64,000 nucleotides of DNA from Hypanus sabinus (taxonomy: Eukaryota). Positions within the stretch are counted from its first letter, which is position 1, and the number at the start of each line of letters is the position of its first letter. Position numbers and translations under genes: made by a program. Positions 1 through 12,100 of this stretch are shown one piece after another. Below the pieces are notes generated by a model. It saw nothing but the letters and a program-made list of their open reading frames with translations, had not been told where the DNA came from and ran no database searches. Location: contig NC_082728.1 of the NCBI RefSeq assembly GCF_030144855.1, positions 32,674,001 to 32,738,000 on the forward strand, in the 5' to 3' direction.

Positions 1-2330
1 ACCTTCGTGTCATCAGCAAATTTACTAACACATCCCTGCACTTCCTCATCTAGGTCATTTATAATAATCACGAAGAGAAGGGGTCCTAGAACAAATCCCT
101 GAGGCACACCACTGGTGACTGACCTCAATGCAGAATATGACCCTTTTACAACCACTTTTTGCCTTTTATGGGCAAGCCAGTTCTGGATCCACAAAGCAAT
201 GTCCCCTTGGATCCTATGCCTCTTTACGTTCTCAATAAGCCTTGCGTGGGGTACCTTAACAAATGCCTTGCTGAAATCCATATACACTACATCTACTGCT
301 CTATCTTCATCAATGTGTTTAGTCACATCCTCAAAAAATTCAATCATGCTCATAAGAGATGACCTGCCCTTGACAAAGCCATGCTGACTATTCCCAATCA
401 TATTATGCCTCTCCAAATGTTCATAAATCCTGCCTCTCAGGATCTTCTCCATCAACTTACCAACCACTGAAGTAAGATTCACTTGTCTATAAGTTCCTGG
501 GCTATCTCTACTCCCTTTCTTGAATAAGGGAAGAACATCTGCAACCCTCCAATCCTCTGGAACCTCTCCCATCCCCATTGATGATGCAAAGATCATTGCC
601 AGAGGCTCAGCAATCTCTTCCCTCAACTCCCACAGTTGCCTGGGGTATATCTCGTCTGGTCCCGGTGAATATTCCAACTTGATGCTTTCCAAAAGCTCCA
701 GCACACCCTCTTTCTTAATATCTACATGCTCAAGCTTTTCAGACCACTATAAATCATCCCCACAATCACCAACATCCTTTTCCATAGTGACTACTGAAGC
801 GAAGTATTCATTAAGTATCTCTGCTTTCTCCTCCGGTTCCATACACACTTTTCCACTGTCATACTTCATAGGTCCCATTCTCACACGTCTTATCCTCTTG
901 CACTTCACATACTTGTAGAATGCCTTGGGGTTTTCCTCAAACCTGTCCACCAAGGCCTTCTCATGGCCCCTCTGGCTCTGCTAATTTCATTCTTAAGCTC
1001 CTTCCTCTTAGCCTTATAATCTTCTAGATCCCTATCATTACCTAGTTTTTTGAGCCTTTTCTTCTTGACTAGATTTATAACAGCTTTTGTACACTGTGGT
1101 TCCTGTAACCTACCATCATTTCCGTCTCATTGGAATGTAACTATGCAGAATCCCACACAAATATCCCCTGAACATTTGCCACATTTCTTCCATGCATTTC
1201 CCTGAGAACATCTGTTTCCAATTTACGCTTCCAAGATCCTGCCTGATAGCCTCATATTTCCCCTTACTCCAATTAAATGTTTCTTAACTTGTCTGTTCCT
1301 ATCCCTCTCCAATGCAATGGTAAGGAAGATAGAATTGTTCTATCAGTTCAGTTCCCTCCCACCAAGCAATTCTAGTTTAAACTCTCCCCAATAGACTTTG
1401 TGAACCTCCCCACCAGGATATCAGTCCCCTTGGGATTCAAGTGCAAGCCATCCTTTTTGTATAGGTCACACCTGCCCAAAAAAAGTCCCAATGGTCCAGA
1501 AAGCTGAATCCCTTCCATCTGCTCCAATCCCTCAGCCACACATTTATCCTCCACTTCATCCTATTCCTATGCTCACTGGTACATGGCAGAGGCAGTAATC
1601 CCGAGATTACCACCTTTGTGGTCCTGCTTCTCAGCTTCCCTCCTAACTCCCTTTACTCTGCTTTCAGTACCTCCTCCCTTTTCCTACCTATGTCATTGGT
1701 ACCAATATGTACCACGACCTCTGGCTGTTCTCCTTCCCACTTCAGGATATCATGGATGTGATCAGAAACATCCCAGACCCTGGCACCTGGGAGGCAAACT
1801 ACCATCTGTGTTTCTTTCCTGCGTCCACAGAATTGCCTGTCTGACTCCCTAACTATAGAGTCCCCTATCACTGCTGCCATCTTCTTCCTTTCCCTACCCT
1901 TCTGAGCCACAGGGCCAGACCCTGTGCCAGAGGCACAGCCACTGTTGCTTCCCCCAAATAGGCCATCTCCCCCAAAAGTACTCAAACAGGAGTACTAATT
2001 GTAAGGGGGACAGCCACTTGGGTACTCTCTAGTATCTGCCTCTTGCCCTTCCCTCTCTTGACTGTTACCCACTTATCTATACCCCAAGGCCCCGGTGTGA
2101 CTACCTGCCTATAGCTCCTATCTATCTCCTCCTCACTCTCCCTGACCAGATGAAGGTCATCGAACTGCATCTCCCATTCCCTAACACAGTCGCTAGGGAG
2201 CTGCAGCTCAATGCACCTGGTGCAGATGTGGCTGTCCGGAAGGGTGGGAGTCTCCATGATTTCCCACATCTGACACCGAGTACAGAACACCAGCCTCACA
2301 CGCATACTATCTGTGTGTCTTCTACAGTGT
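1..2330 (-). mobile_element. CR1 LINE, degenerate: ORF1 (zinc finger/leucine zipper plus SGNH esterase) and part of ORF2; runs off the left edge
   Basis: ORF1 pieces 1982-2305 (FCTRCQMWE...HICTRC), 1653-1985 (VIGDSIVR...VVVHIGTNDIG) and 1372-1554 (DGLHLNPKG). ORF2 linker at 747-953 (ENPKAFYKYVK) and RT-region sequence at 1-700. Most of the endonuclease appears deleted near 1330. Confidence 0.9.
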
Positions 2331-4295
2331 TAAACATAAGGAAATACGACAAACAATAAAATCAATGAGAATTTAAAATGAGATTTCTTCCACACTTCTC
2401 AATTTCTCTGGTAAAATTTCTCGGTATATTTTCTCCCTGTTAATGATGACTTGTTAAATTCATATTAATATTACAATTTTCAGTTCACAATTCTTGAACT
2501 TGCCACTGTGAAATAATACAAGCATCAATGAATCCTTAGGAGCTACCAATCTGTTCTGAGTTGATTAATCTCATGGTTGAACAGGCTGCCACTGTCAAAC
2601 AAGGCAATCCTTCAATTTTATTCTCCTAGTTCGGAGTTGAGAGTAATAGCCACCATTACTGAAATCTTACAAGTACATTGTCTGTAAGTTCCCAGCCACT
2701 TAAATTGTTAATATAATTGTACACAACACAATGCCTAGTTTTAACATACTGAAGGAAAATTACCTTTTCTCGTGGTGTTGATGAAGAATTGTCAGTTGGC
2801 TCATGCACCTGTCAACCTGAGCCCAGCCTTAAAAAAAGAGGAAAAACCGAAAAAAAAGATATTTTTTTATAAACATTAACTTCAAATCATTAAACTAAAA
2901 AAATCTTGAGCAATGCCTTAAAAGACCCACTTCCTACCCATTTACGCTCAGATGGGTTTCCGTCAAGTAAATATTTTTGGAGCCATTTACCGTTGTAATG
3001 CAAGAATAAAACTGCCACAGGATCCAACAAACAACAACTTGATAATGAACAAAAGTTTTGAACAGGAGATTATTGATAATTTTACTGCTCTTCTGGGAAA
3101 CTTTGCCACATACATGTGTGATAAGGTAGATGGTTACCCAATTTAACACATCTTCTAAAAGATAGTACTTTGGCACCAAGTGTTAGACTGTGGTATAAGA
3201 TTTTGTGCTTTTGTTCTTTACTTTAGAGTGGACTGAAATACACATTTTTAACAATAAATGAAAGAAAGCTGTCATCAGTAACAGTATGTTCTTGCATGTT
3301 GTTGCATTTGTTTCACACCTAGCAATCCAGTTCTGAAGCTGTGTCAGCAATGACGAAAACAAAACTTGTTACTCTATCATTATACAAACACTCCTAAATT
3401 CTAGGACTTCAAAAGCTTGAAATTATTCTCTAGTGTTTGGCACCTTATATAAGTAAAATTGCATGCAAAGACCAATTGGTTACAAGAGGATATATTAAAT
3501 CTACCAAGATAAAGCATTCTTGCAGCCGCCGCATTTCTTAACCCACATGTGGCTTTAGGTCTGCTTCTGCCCATCTACTGTGTATAAATGGTCAACTTCC
3601 TGACAGGTCAAAAAATCATTTAGCTACATTTACCCCTTTTTTGACAGTTGAACTTGATTAAACCCAACTTCTTCTGAACAGTAGGTTAAAAGTTATCTTT
3701 CAGGCCTTAATCTCACTTGTTCTGATTATACAATTTAGATACCATTTAGGCAGTCCTTTAAAAGATCTCTTCCTTTTAAGAATTTTATATCACCTCTAAA
3801 CCAATTCTAAATCCCACAATCAACATCAAAGCAATAGCGGGATTTTGGTTGGGTTCATACTCAGCTGAATTATTTTGCTCTCTTAAAGGGACTTAGGGAC
3901 TTGGGAAAACAGGTTAAGTAAAATTTCAGCTGTAAATTACTGAATAGTGGAATATAATATTAGTTTGTAAATCAATCTTGCAGATTATCAAGTTAAAATT
4001 AACTTGCTAGCACTCATTTTAACATTGCAATACTTTGATGTCTACATATGTCTGTGGTGAACTACATACACCTGTCTGGACCCGCCCCCTGCTGTCTGCT
4101 CCTGTGGCTCCTCCCACAGACCCCTGTATAAAGGTGATGGAGGTCTAAACCCGGCCTCTCTGTCTCCAGGATGTAGTATGGTGGTCACTCACTGCTTGTT
4201 CCTTCTTCCAGTCAATAAAAGCCGATATCTCGCTTTTACGTCTCAGAGTGACTTATTGATGGTGCATCAATTTTATTGACTGGAAGTTTGAAAAC

Positions 4296-5075
4296 ATGGA
4301 AAGTGTTTTACGTCCAGAAAGATTGGATTTGGACCCCCAAGACCCTGAAGCAGCTCTTGCCTTTGAACTCTGGCTTGCATGCTTCCAATCATACTTGGAG
4401 GAGGTTAGTGCAACTGAACCAGCTGTTATGCATTGAATTCTCCTCTTGAGGGTCACCCCGAAAGTTTATTCACTTATCAGGGGCCTGTCGACCTACGAAG
4501 GGGCACTGGACACCCTCAAAAGACAGTACCTGCGGCAGGTGAACACCGTCTATGCAAGACATCGTTTAGCTACCCGACAACAGCAGCCTGGAGAATTGAG
4601 CGCCCAATTTCTCCGAGCCCGACAGACACTCATCCGAAGTTGTGATTGCAAAACCCTCACAGTGGAACTGCATGCGGAGCTGTTAGTACGAGACGCCTTT
4701 GTTACAGGAATGAGGTCAGTTTCCGTGCATCAGCGGCTGTTGGAAAATGCCGATCTTACCTTACGCTCAGCGATCGAGACGGCCAACACGCTGGACGCTG
4801 CTCTGCACAACACTGATGTTGTCCAGTCACGTGATCCCCCACCGGTTCTGTGGACACCTCAGACCCCGCTGCTGCCGGTTCCCACGAGCGAATTCACCAA
4901 CGCAGCTGCCAGTCGCGATTCCACAAACTTCCTGAACCCGACCACAGCTGTGGCCAGGCGAAAGCCTGAGATGTGTTATTTCTGCGGACTCGAAAAGCAC
5001 CCCCAAAAACGCTGCCTGGCCCGAGAAGCAACCTGCCCCAGCTGCGGGAAGAAGGGCCATTTCGCCAAGGTCTGA
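4296..5075 (+). pseudogene. Gypsy A gag with zinc knuckles, interrupted by stops
   Basis: ATG at 4296 (MESVLRPERLDLDP), an internal stop near 4435, then ORF 4446-5075 ending CYFCGLEKH...CPSCGKKGHFAKV*. Confidence 0.85.
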
Positions 5076-5138
5076 AAGTCTAAACTATGAACGGGGTCAG
5101 GCAGCGCTGCGTGTGAGACATGGGGGCTGCCATCTTGC

Positions 5139-8100
5139 ATGCCTGGATGTGGGCGGCCATCTTTGCTGGCGCCAACATGCCCCGCCCCCTGCCCACCGGT
5201 GCTTACCGGGCACCAAGACAGCTCAACTCTGGCCACTGTAACCCTCGACCAAAGCACCCTACACCAGCTTGCAAGGTCAATGGTGGACATCCTGGTGAAG
5301 GGGCACAGGACTAGCTGCCTGTTTGACACAGGCAGCACTGAGAGTTTTATTGACCCAGACACAGTGCAACGCTGCGGACTCGTGACACGGCCGGTAAGCC
5401 AGAGGGTCACCTTGGCTTCTGGGTCGCATTCCACAGACATCCGGGTGGGTTGGGTAGCGACATTGGTGGTGCAGGGCACAGAATATCGGAAACTTTGCGC
5501 TACTGGTCATGCCTCAACTGTGCGCACCTGTGCTATTGGGGCTGGACTTCCAGAGCCATCTCGAAAGTGTGACTGTGACATATGACGGGCCCCTCCCACC
5601 ACTCACTGTCAGGAATCCTCAGTTTGGTGGGACTTCGTCACATACACCGCTACTGACCACACACACACACTGACCCACACATCCCACCTAGCACCATGCT
5701 GACAACTGCGCTACTGACACCACTTGCAACCTCTCCACCCTCAAGATCCCTCCCCCACCGCTGTTCGCCAACTTGACCCCTGACTGTAAACCTGTGGCAA
5801 CTAAAAGCAGGAGGTACAGCGTGGGGGACAGGGCCTTCATTCAGTCAGAGGTGCAGCGGCTGCTCAGGGAGGGGATCATTGAGCCAAGCACAAGTCCTTG
5901 GAGGGCCCAGGTGGTCGTTGTTCAGACAGGGCAGAAAAATAGGATGGTCGTGGACTATAGACAGACCATCAATAGGTTCATGCAGTTTGACGCGTACCCC
6001 CTACCCCGCATCGTGGATATGGTCAACCAGATAGCTCAGTACAAGGTGTACTCGACAATAGATCTGAAATCCGCTTATCACCAGATCCCCATCCGCCTAG
6101 AGGACGGCCCCTACACTGCCTTCGAGGCGGGCGGCAGGCTCTATCACTTCCTGCGCATCCCATTCGGTGTCACAAATGGTGTCTCGGTCTTCCAGAGGGA
6201 AATGGACCGGATGGTGGACCAGTGCCAACTGAAGGCCACATTTCCCTATCTGAATAACATCACCATCTGTGGTCGTGACTGGCCGGATCACAACACCAAC
6301 CTCCAACGATTTCTCCAAGTGGCCGAAGCCCTGAACCATACTTATAATAGGGACAAGTGTGTGTTCGGAACCACCCGACTCGCTATCCTTGGGTATGTCG
6401 TGGAAAACGGGGTCATTGGCCCTGATCCCGACCGTATGCGCCCCCTGTTGGAACTCCCTCTTCCCACCACTCTCAAAGCCCTCAGGCGGTGCCTGGGCTT
6501 CTTTTCCTATTACGCCCAATGGGTCCCCCATTACGCAGACAAGGCCCGCCCCCTGGTCAAGTCTACCTCGTTTCCCCTCTCTGCTGAGGCCTGCGTGGCC
6601 TTCAGCTGCATTAAAGGGGACATTGCCAAAGCAACGATGCATGCGGTGGACGAGACCATTTCCTTCCAAGTAGAGAGTGATGCCTCTGATTTCGCGCTTG
6701 CTGCTACCCTCAATCAGGCAGGCAGGCCAGTAGCATTCTTTTCTCGTACCCTTCAAGGCTCTGAAATTCGGCACTCTGCGGTGGAGAAAGAAGCCCAGGC
6801 CATAGTGGAAGCTATTAGGCACTGGAAGCACTATCTCGCCGGCAAAAGGTTCACCTTGCTGACCGACCAGCACTCGGTTGCATTCATGTTCAGCAACCAA
6901 CAGCGGGGCAAAATCAAAAATGATAAGATTTTGCGGTGGAGATTAGAACTCTCCACCTACAACTATGATATCCTGTACTGGCCTGGAAGGCTCAATGAGC
7001 CCCCTGATGCCCTATCCCGGGGAACATGTGCTAGCACACAGCTCGACCAGCTATATGCCCTTCATGCACATCTTTGCCATCCGGGGGTCACCCGATTTTA
7101 CCATTTCGTGAAAGCCCGGAACCTGCGGTACTCCCTGGAGGACATGAGGACGATGACCAGGGACTGCCAAATCTGCACCGAGTGCAAACCGCACTTCTAC
7201 CATCCTGAAACAGTGCAACTTGTCAAGGCCACCCGCCCTTTTGAGCGACTGAGTGTTGACTTTAAGGGCCCCCTTCCCTCCACCGACCGCAATGTCTATT
7301 TTCTCAACATTATCGACGAGTACTTGCGGTTCCCCTTTGCCATTCCCTGCCCCAACACCACTACCACATCCGTCATAAAAGCCCTGCACCAGCTCTTCAC
7401 TCTGTTCGGATATCCCTGCTATATCCACAGTGATAGAGGGTCCTCCTTTATGAGTGACGAGCTGCGCCGGTACCTGCTAGCTAGGGGCATTGCTACTAGT
7501 ACAGGCATGGGCAAACTACGGCCCGCGGGCCATATGCGGCCTGTTAAGCTTTTTAATCCGGCCCGCAGAACTTGATGAAATTATATTAATAAACCTTGTT
7601 AACGTTTTTTCCCCACAATTCTGGCATTTTCCCAATAGATGACGCACTCTATTTACATTGACCTTTGTTGAGGTGCAGCGTATTACTCCACATTTGCGCT
7701 TTACTCTTTGTTCGGCTCGACCTATTTGTGTGAACAGGTGTTCAGCGTCATGAACATCAACAAAGCCAGCCACAGATCCAAGTTAACTGACCAACACCTC
7801 AGATCCATCCTGAGAATCGCCGCAACAAAACTAAATCCAGACTTTGATGCGCTGGCTAAAAAGGGAGACCAACAACACTGTTCCCACTGAAATTAAAAAT
7901 AAGTTTCTTCGTTGTGTTATGTAAAAAATGCATTTGAAAATATTTTTTTCAATAAGCCTTACATGTTACATGTCAACATGTCATTTCTGTTAAGTGATGG
8001 ACATGAGTAGTGCGCAGGTGCACGTACGTTCTCAAAATAAAAAATGCGCTCCAGATCAAATAACGCGCTCCGCATACTGGCGCGCTGTCATTGTTCTGTC

Positions 8101-9102
8101 TTTGTGCCGGTCGTTGTTGAGTTTTGGCACAGGGGACAATTGAATAAGAAGGAGCAGGACAAGTAGACCTGCATCTCCTACCGTTTTTGAAATAAAGACA
8201 GTCAGGAGGAGAGTGATGATGATAATATCTTGAAGGATAACAGAATTTTCAGTACTTTAAAATAATAACTTACTATTAAAAAAAGCTGTATTTTATTCAT
8301 TTAATTTTCAGTGTTTTAAAAGTCATTTCAATAAATAGCTAAATACCATGGGACTTCAAAGACAGATATTTTGTTGTAATGCATTTGTTCATTTTCAATT
8401 GAAATTAAAGCACATGTTTTCTACATATCCCATGATATTTTATTTTCTCTTATGAGGTGTATTACCAAAACACTCCGTCCATCTGCTCCTGGTCCAGCCC
8501 CCCTGTCAAATTTTAGAACCCTTTGTGGCCCACAAGTCAAAAAGTTTGCCCACCCCTGTACTAGTAGGACCACGAGCTATAATCCCCGGGGAAATGGACA
8601 GGTGGAGAGGGAGAATGCCACAGAGTGGAAGGCCACATTTTTAGCCCTTATGTCAAAAAGGTTGTCGGTCTCTCGATGGCAGGAGGTCCTCCCCGAGGCA
8701 CTCCACTCTATCTGCTCCCTATTATGTACGTCCACCAATGCCACCCCTCACGAACGCCTATTCTCTTTTCCCAGGAAATCTGTCACTGGGACTACCCTAC
8801 CAGTTTGGCTGACGTCCCCAGGGCCAGTGCTGCTCCAGAAAAATGTGAGGAGTAATAAATACTTCCCGCTGGTCGAGAGGGTTCACCTTCTACATGCGAA
8901 CCCCCAGTATGCCTTCGTGGTCTTACCTGATAGGCGGGAGGACACAATCTCCGTCCGCGACCTGGCGCCTGCAGGAGCAGCAGACCACTACCCGGAACAC
9001 TCCACAGTAACTATGAACCCTGTACCCGAGGTGACACTGCACACACCAAGCCCTACACTGACCCCTCACGACACTCATATACCGGGAGCCTCGTACGCAT
9101 AT
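5139..9102 (+). pseudogene. Gypsy A pol (protease, RT, RNase H, integrase); split by the hAT and resuming at 14124-14310
   Basis: Protease LFDTGS. The 600-aa ORF 5773-7575 has RT (IDLKSAYHQIP; YLNN in place of catalytic YxD), RNase H (SDASDFALAA...FFSRTL) and integrase (HLCHPG, CxxC, DFKG, HSDRG). The frame continues after the hAT as TSRTTSYNPRGNGQVEREN and ends RPPDRLNL* at 14310. Confidence 0.9.
7502..8558 (+). mobile_element. Non-autonomous hAT (Charlie/SPIN-group) DNA transposon with a transposase C-terminal remnant
   Basis: TIRs CAGGCATGGGCAAACT / AGTTTGCCCACCCCTG. Perfect 8-bp TSD TACTAGTA at 7494-7501 and 8559-8566. ORF 7708-7890 MFGSTYLCEQVFSVMNINK...RSKLTDQHL...CSH is a typical hAT dimerisation-region C-terminus. 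Confidence 0.93.
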
Positions 9103-12100
9103 TTTTATGAATGTACCACAGCTCTGACTGGCCAAAGGGTGTGGGGTAGCCTCCTCCTTTGTGAGAATCGCAAGATCACTATTGATTTGCGTCAGGAGAC
9201 CCAGGAAATGAAAGAGAGACATATGGAATGTCTTGACCCTCTCGGCGATATAAAGCTACGGGAAATGACCATTGTCTCTTGGAGACGGACTTGTGTATTG
9301 CAATACTGTGCTACGTGGAAGCCCTCAGGCAAAGTGGGCTGGTTGAGGGAGGGATTGCCTCACCCCAACCTGATTGACATCTGAGACCCTGTGAATCAGG
9401 ATAAAAGAGGGTCTGTGGGAACAGCCCCTCAGACACACCAGAAGAAACGTTAGCGATCCTGTAATAGCGGAAGCCGGTGGGAGGAGGCCACATGCGTTCA
9501 GTTCCATTTGCCCCGGAACCGGTGGCTTTTACCACGGGAGAATGACTTTTAGCTAACAACGGGGAAACCAACTCCCAACGGTTGACATCCTAAAAGGACT
9601 GGGCAAGTTTTAACCTGTCTTTCTCTAAAATCAAAACACTTCAGCTTGAACAAACTAACAGTGACTTTTATATTTCCATCGGACAATACGTTATTCCCTA
9701 GACAACGATAGAGCTATTTCTTATTGATTATTATTATACCTACGCTTTTAGATTTAGTATTGACGATGTATATTATCTGTATGTTTGCATTGATATTATT
9801 TTGTGTATTTTTATCAATAAATACTGTTAAAAGAGTACCATCAGACTTCAATGGACCTCTCTATCTTTGCTGGTAAGTGACCCAGTTACGGGGTTCGTAA
9901 CAACTTGGGATTCTCGTCTCGGGATTTGATACCAAATTGGAGGGCCAGTGAATCGGGCTTGTAAGTCCAAACTTGGATCTGGTTATGCGGATAGCCAGAT
10001 GGGTAACCAGCAAAGATGGGCGTTGGTGAATTTATAGAAAACCCAACACTGGAGGTGCTAGAGGTGGCCACCAAATCAGACTTGATAAATTTGGCGAAGG
10101 GGTTAAACCTCGCAGAGGTGAGATTGTCAATGAAAAAACGGGAGGTGCGAAGGGCAATAACTCAGTATTATATTGGGAAGAATGTGTTTGCAGCTGAGGC
10201 ATTGGAAAATATTCCTGAAAAGGTACCAGCTAGTGGGACGGCTCAGTTAGAGTTGGAGAAATTAAGGTTGGAACATGCAATTAAGGTAAAGCAGCTAGAA
10301 GCAGCTGAGAAAGAGAGGGAAAGAGCTGAGAAACAAAGAGAGCACGAAATTCGATTAAAACAGCTGGATGCAGCTGAGAAAGAGAGAGAGAGAGAGAGCC
10401 GAGAAAGAGAGAGAGTATGGGGAGGCAGAGAAACAAAGGAAACATGACTTGGAGATGGAGAAGTTAAGGCAGGGGCGAAGAGATCAAGAGTCAGACCGAG
10501 AGGAGCGGTCCAGAGTTGAGAGTTGGGGTGAGGCAATCCCTCCCTCAAAGTCGAGAGTTGAGGTTAGTACCTCCATTCGAGGAGACGGATGTTGATAGTT
10601 ATTTCTTGCTTTTTGAAAAGGTGGCAGTGATTCAGAAGTGGCCCAGAGCTCAGTGGGTGGCATTGTTACAAAGTGTGTTAAAAGGGAAGACACAATGAGC
10701 ATATACGGCGTTGTCCATGGAGGAGGAAGAGGAGGAGAGTTATGACAAAATAAAGGCGGCCATTCTCCGGAGTTATGAGTTAGTACCTGCGGCGCATAGA
10801 CAAAAGTTCAGAAATTTAAAGAAAGGGTGGAATCAGATGTATACCGAGTTTGCCTATGAGAAGGCTGTGCTCTTGGACCGTTGGTGCACAGCGGAGATAG
10901 TGGAAGAGGATTATTGGCATCTCAGGGAGTTAATTCTGATTGAGGAATTTAAAGGTTGTGTTTCGGAGGATATTCGGATGTATTTGAATGAGAAGCCAAA
11001 TAAGTCCATCTCAGAATTTGCTAGGTTCGCAGATGAATATGCCCTAACCCACAAGACGAAGTTTTCCTTGAATAAAAGTTCCCAGAGAGACCGTGGGAAT
11101 GATCGAGAAAGCCCGCCGGCTGAGGCAGAGGTCCTGCCAGGAGCTAGTGCTAAGATTGAGGGGGAAAGGCAAGACAGCCAGAGATTTCCGGGCTTGACCT
11201 GCTTTAATTGTGGAAAGGGGGGACATATTGCATCTAGGTGCTTTGCTCCGAGGAAAGAGACAGGAAAAGGGAAAGCAGCAGTCCCTATCGGATGTGCCGT
11301 GGTAATCAGTAAATCGACAAGAGATCCCCAGGTAGACAGAGTACGAGAAGGGTCTGAGACTTGTCTGTCAAACTGAACCGTGTCTGTGAGGGAGGGAGAC
11401 ACACCAGTTCCAGTACGGATCTGGAGAGACACGGGGGCTGAGCTGTCGTTGATCAGCAGTAAGGTACTAGATTTTGGTCACAAGACGGGAATGGTAGCTG
11501 TGAAAGGAATAAGCAAAGGGATGGAAATGGTGCCCTTACAAAGGGTCATTATGGATTGTAAGCTGTTGTCTGGACCAGTTGAAATAGGGGTGTGATCAGA
11601 ATTCCCGAGAACTGATGCGGACGTCCTTCTTGGTAACGATTTAGCAGGTGGTAAGGTTTGGTCAGCAATGACGATGACAAGCCGGCCGGTGAGTGTTGCG
11701 GCCCCGCCCCTAGATTCCAAGATCTATCCCGCATGCGTGATCACTCACAACATGTCGAGAAAGGCAGCTGAAAAAGGGAGCAGTTTAAATCCGGCCAGTT
11801 TCGATTTGGGCGAGACGTTTTTACCGACCCTGTACCACAAGGGCTTAGAGGGTGGTAAAACGAAGAGTATCAAAGTGAAAGAGAGTAAGGGAGAGGAGGT
11901 AGACCTGCCCTTAGTGAGGAGAAAAGTTCTAGAGGCATAAAATAAAGATGAGGAACAGATGGAGCGGTTAAAAGGTCCAGAGTTGGACAGGGATGATCTG
12001 TCTGGTTTGGCAGAACTGTTAGAAGAAGTTGAAAATTCTAAAGGTGTTTCTGATAATGAAATGAGGGCAGTCCTAGATGAAAAGGGTGCCCTTACCTTGA

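Noticed and set aside
6097-6900. 267-aa and other long antisense ORFs over pol, gag and CR1
   Set aside because: These are shadows of GC-rich coding sequence on the opposite strand.
9181-9571. Duplicated ORFs at 9.2-9.6 kb and 13.4-14.1 kb as duplicated genes
   Set aside because: They are the two LTRs of element B.
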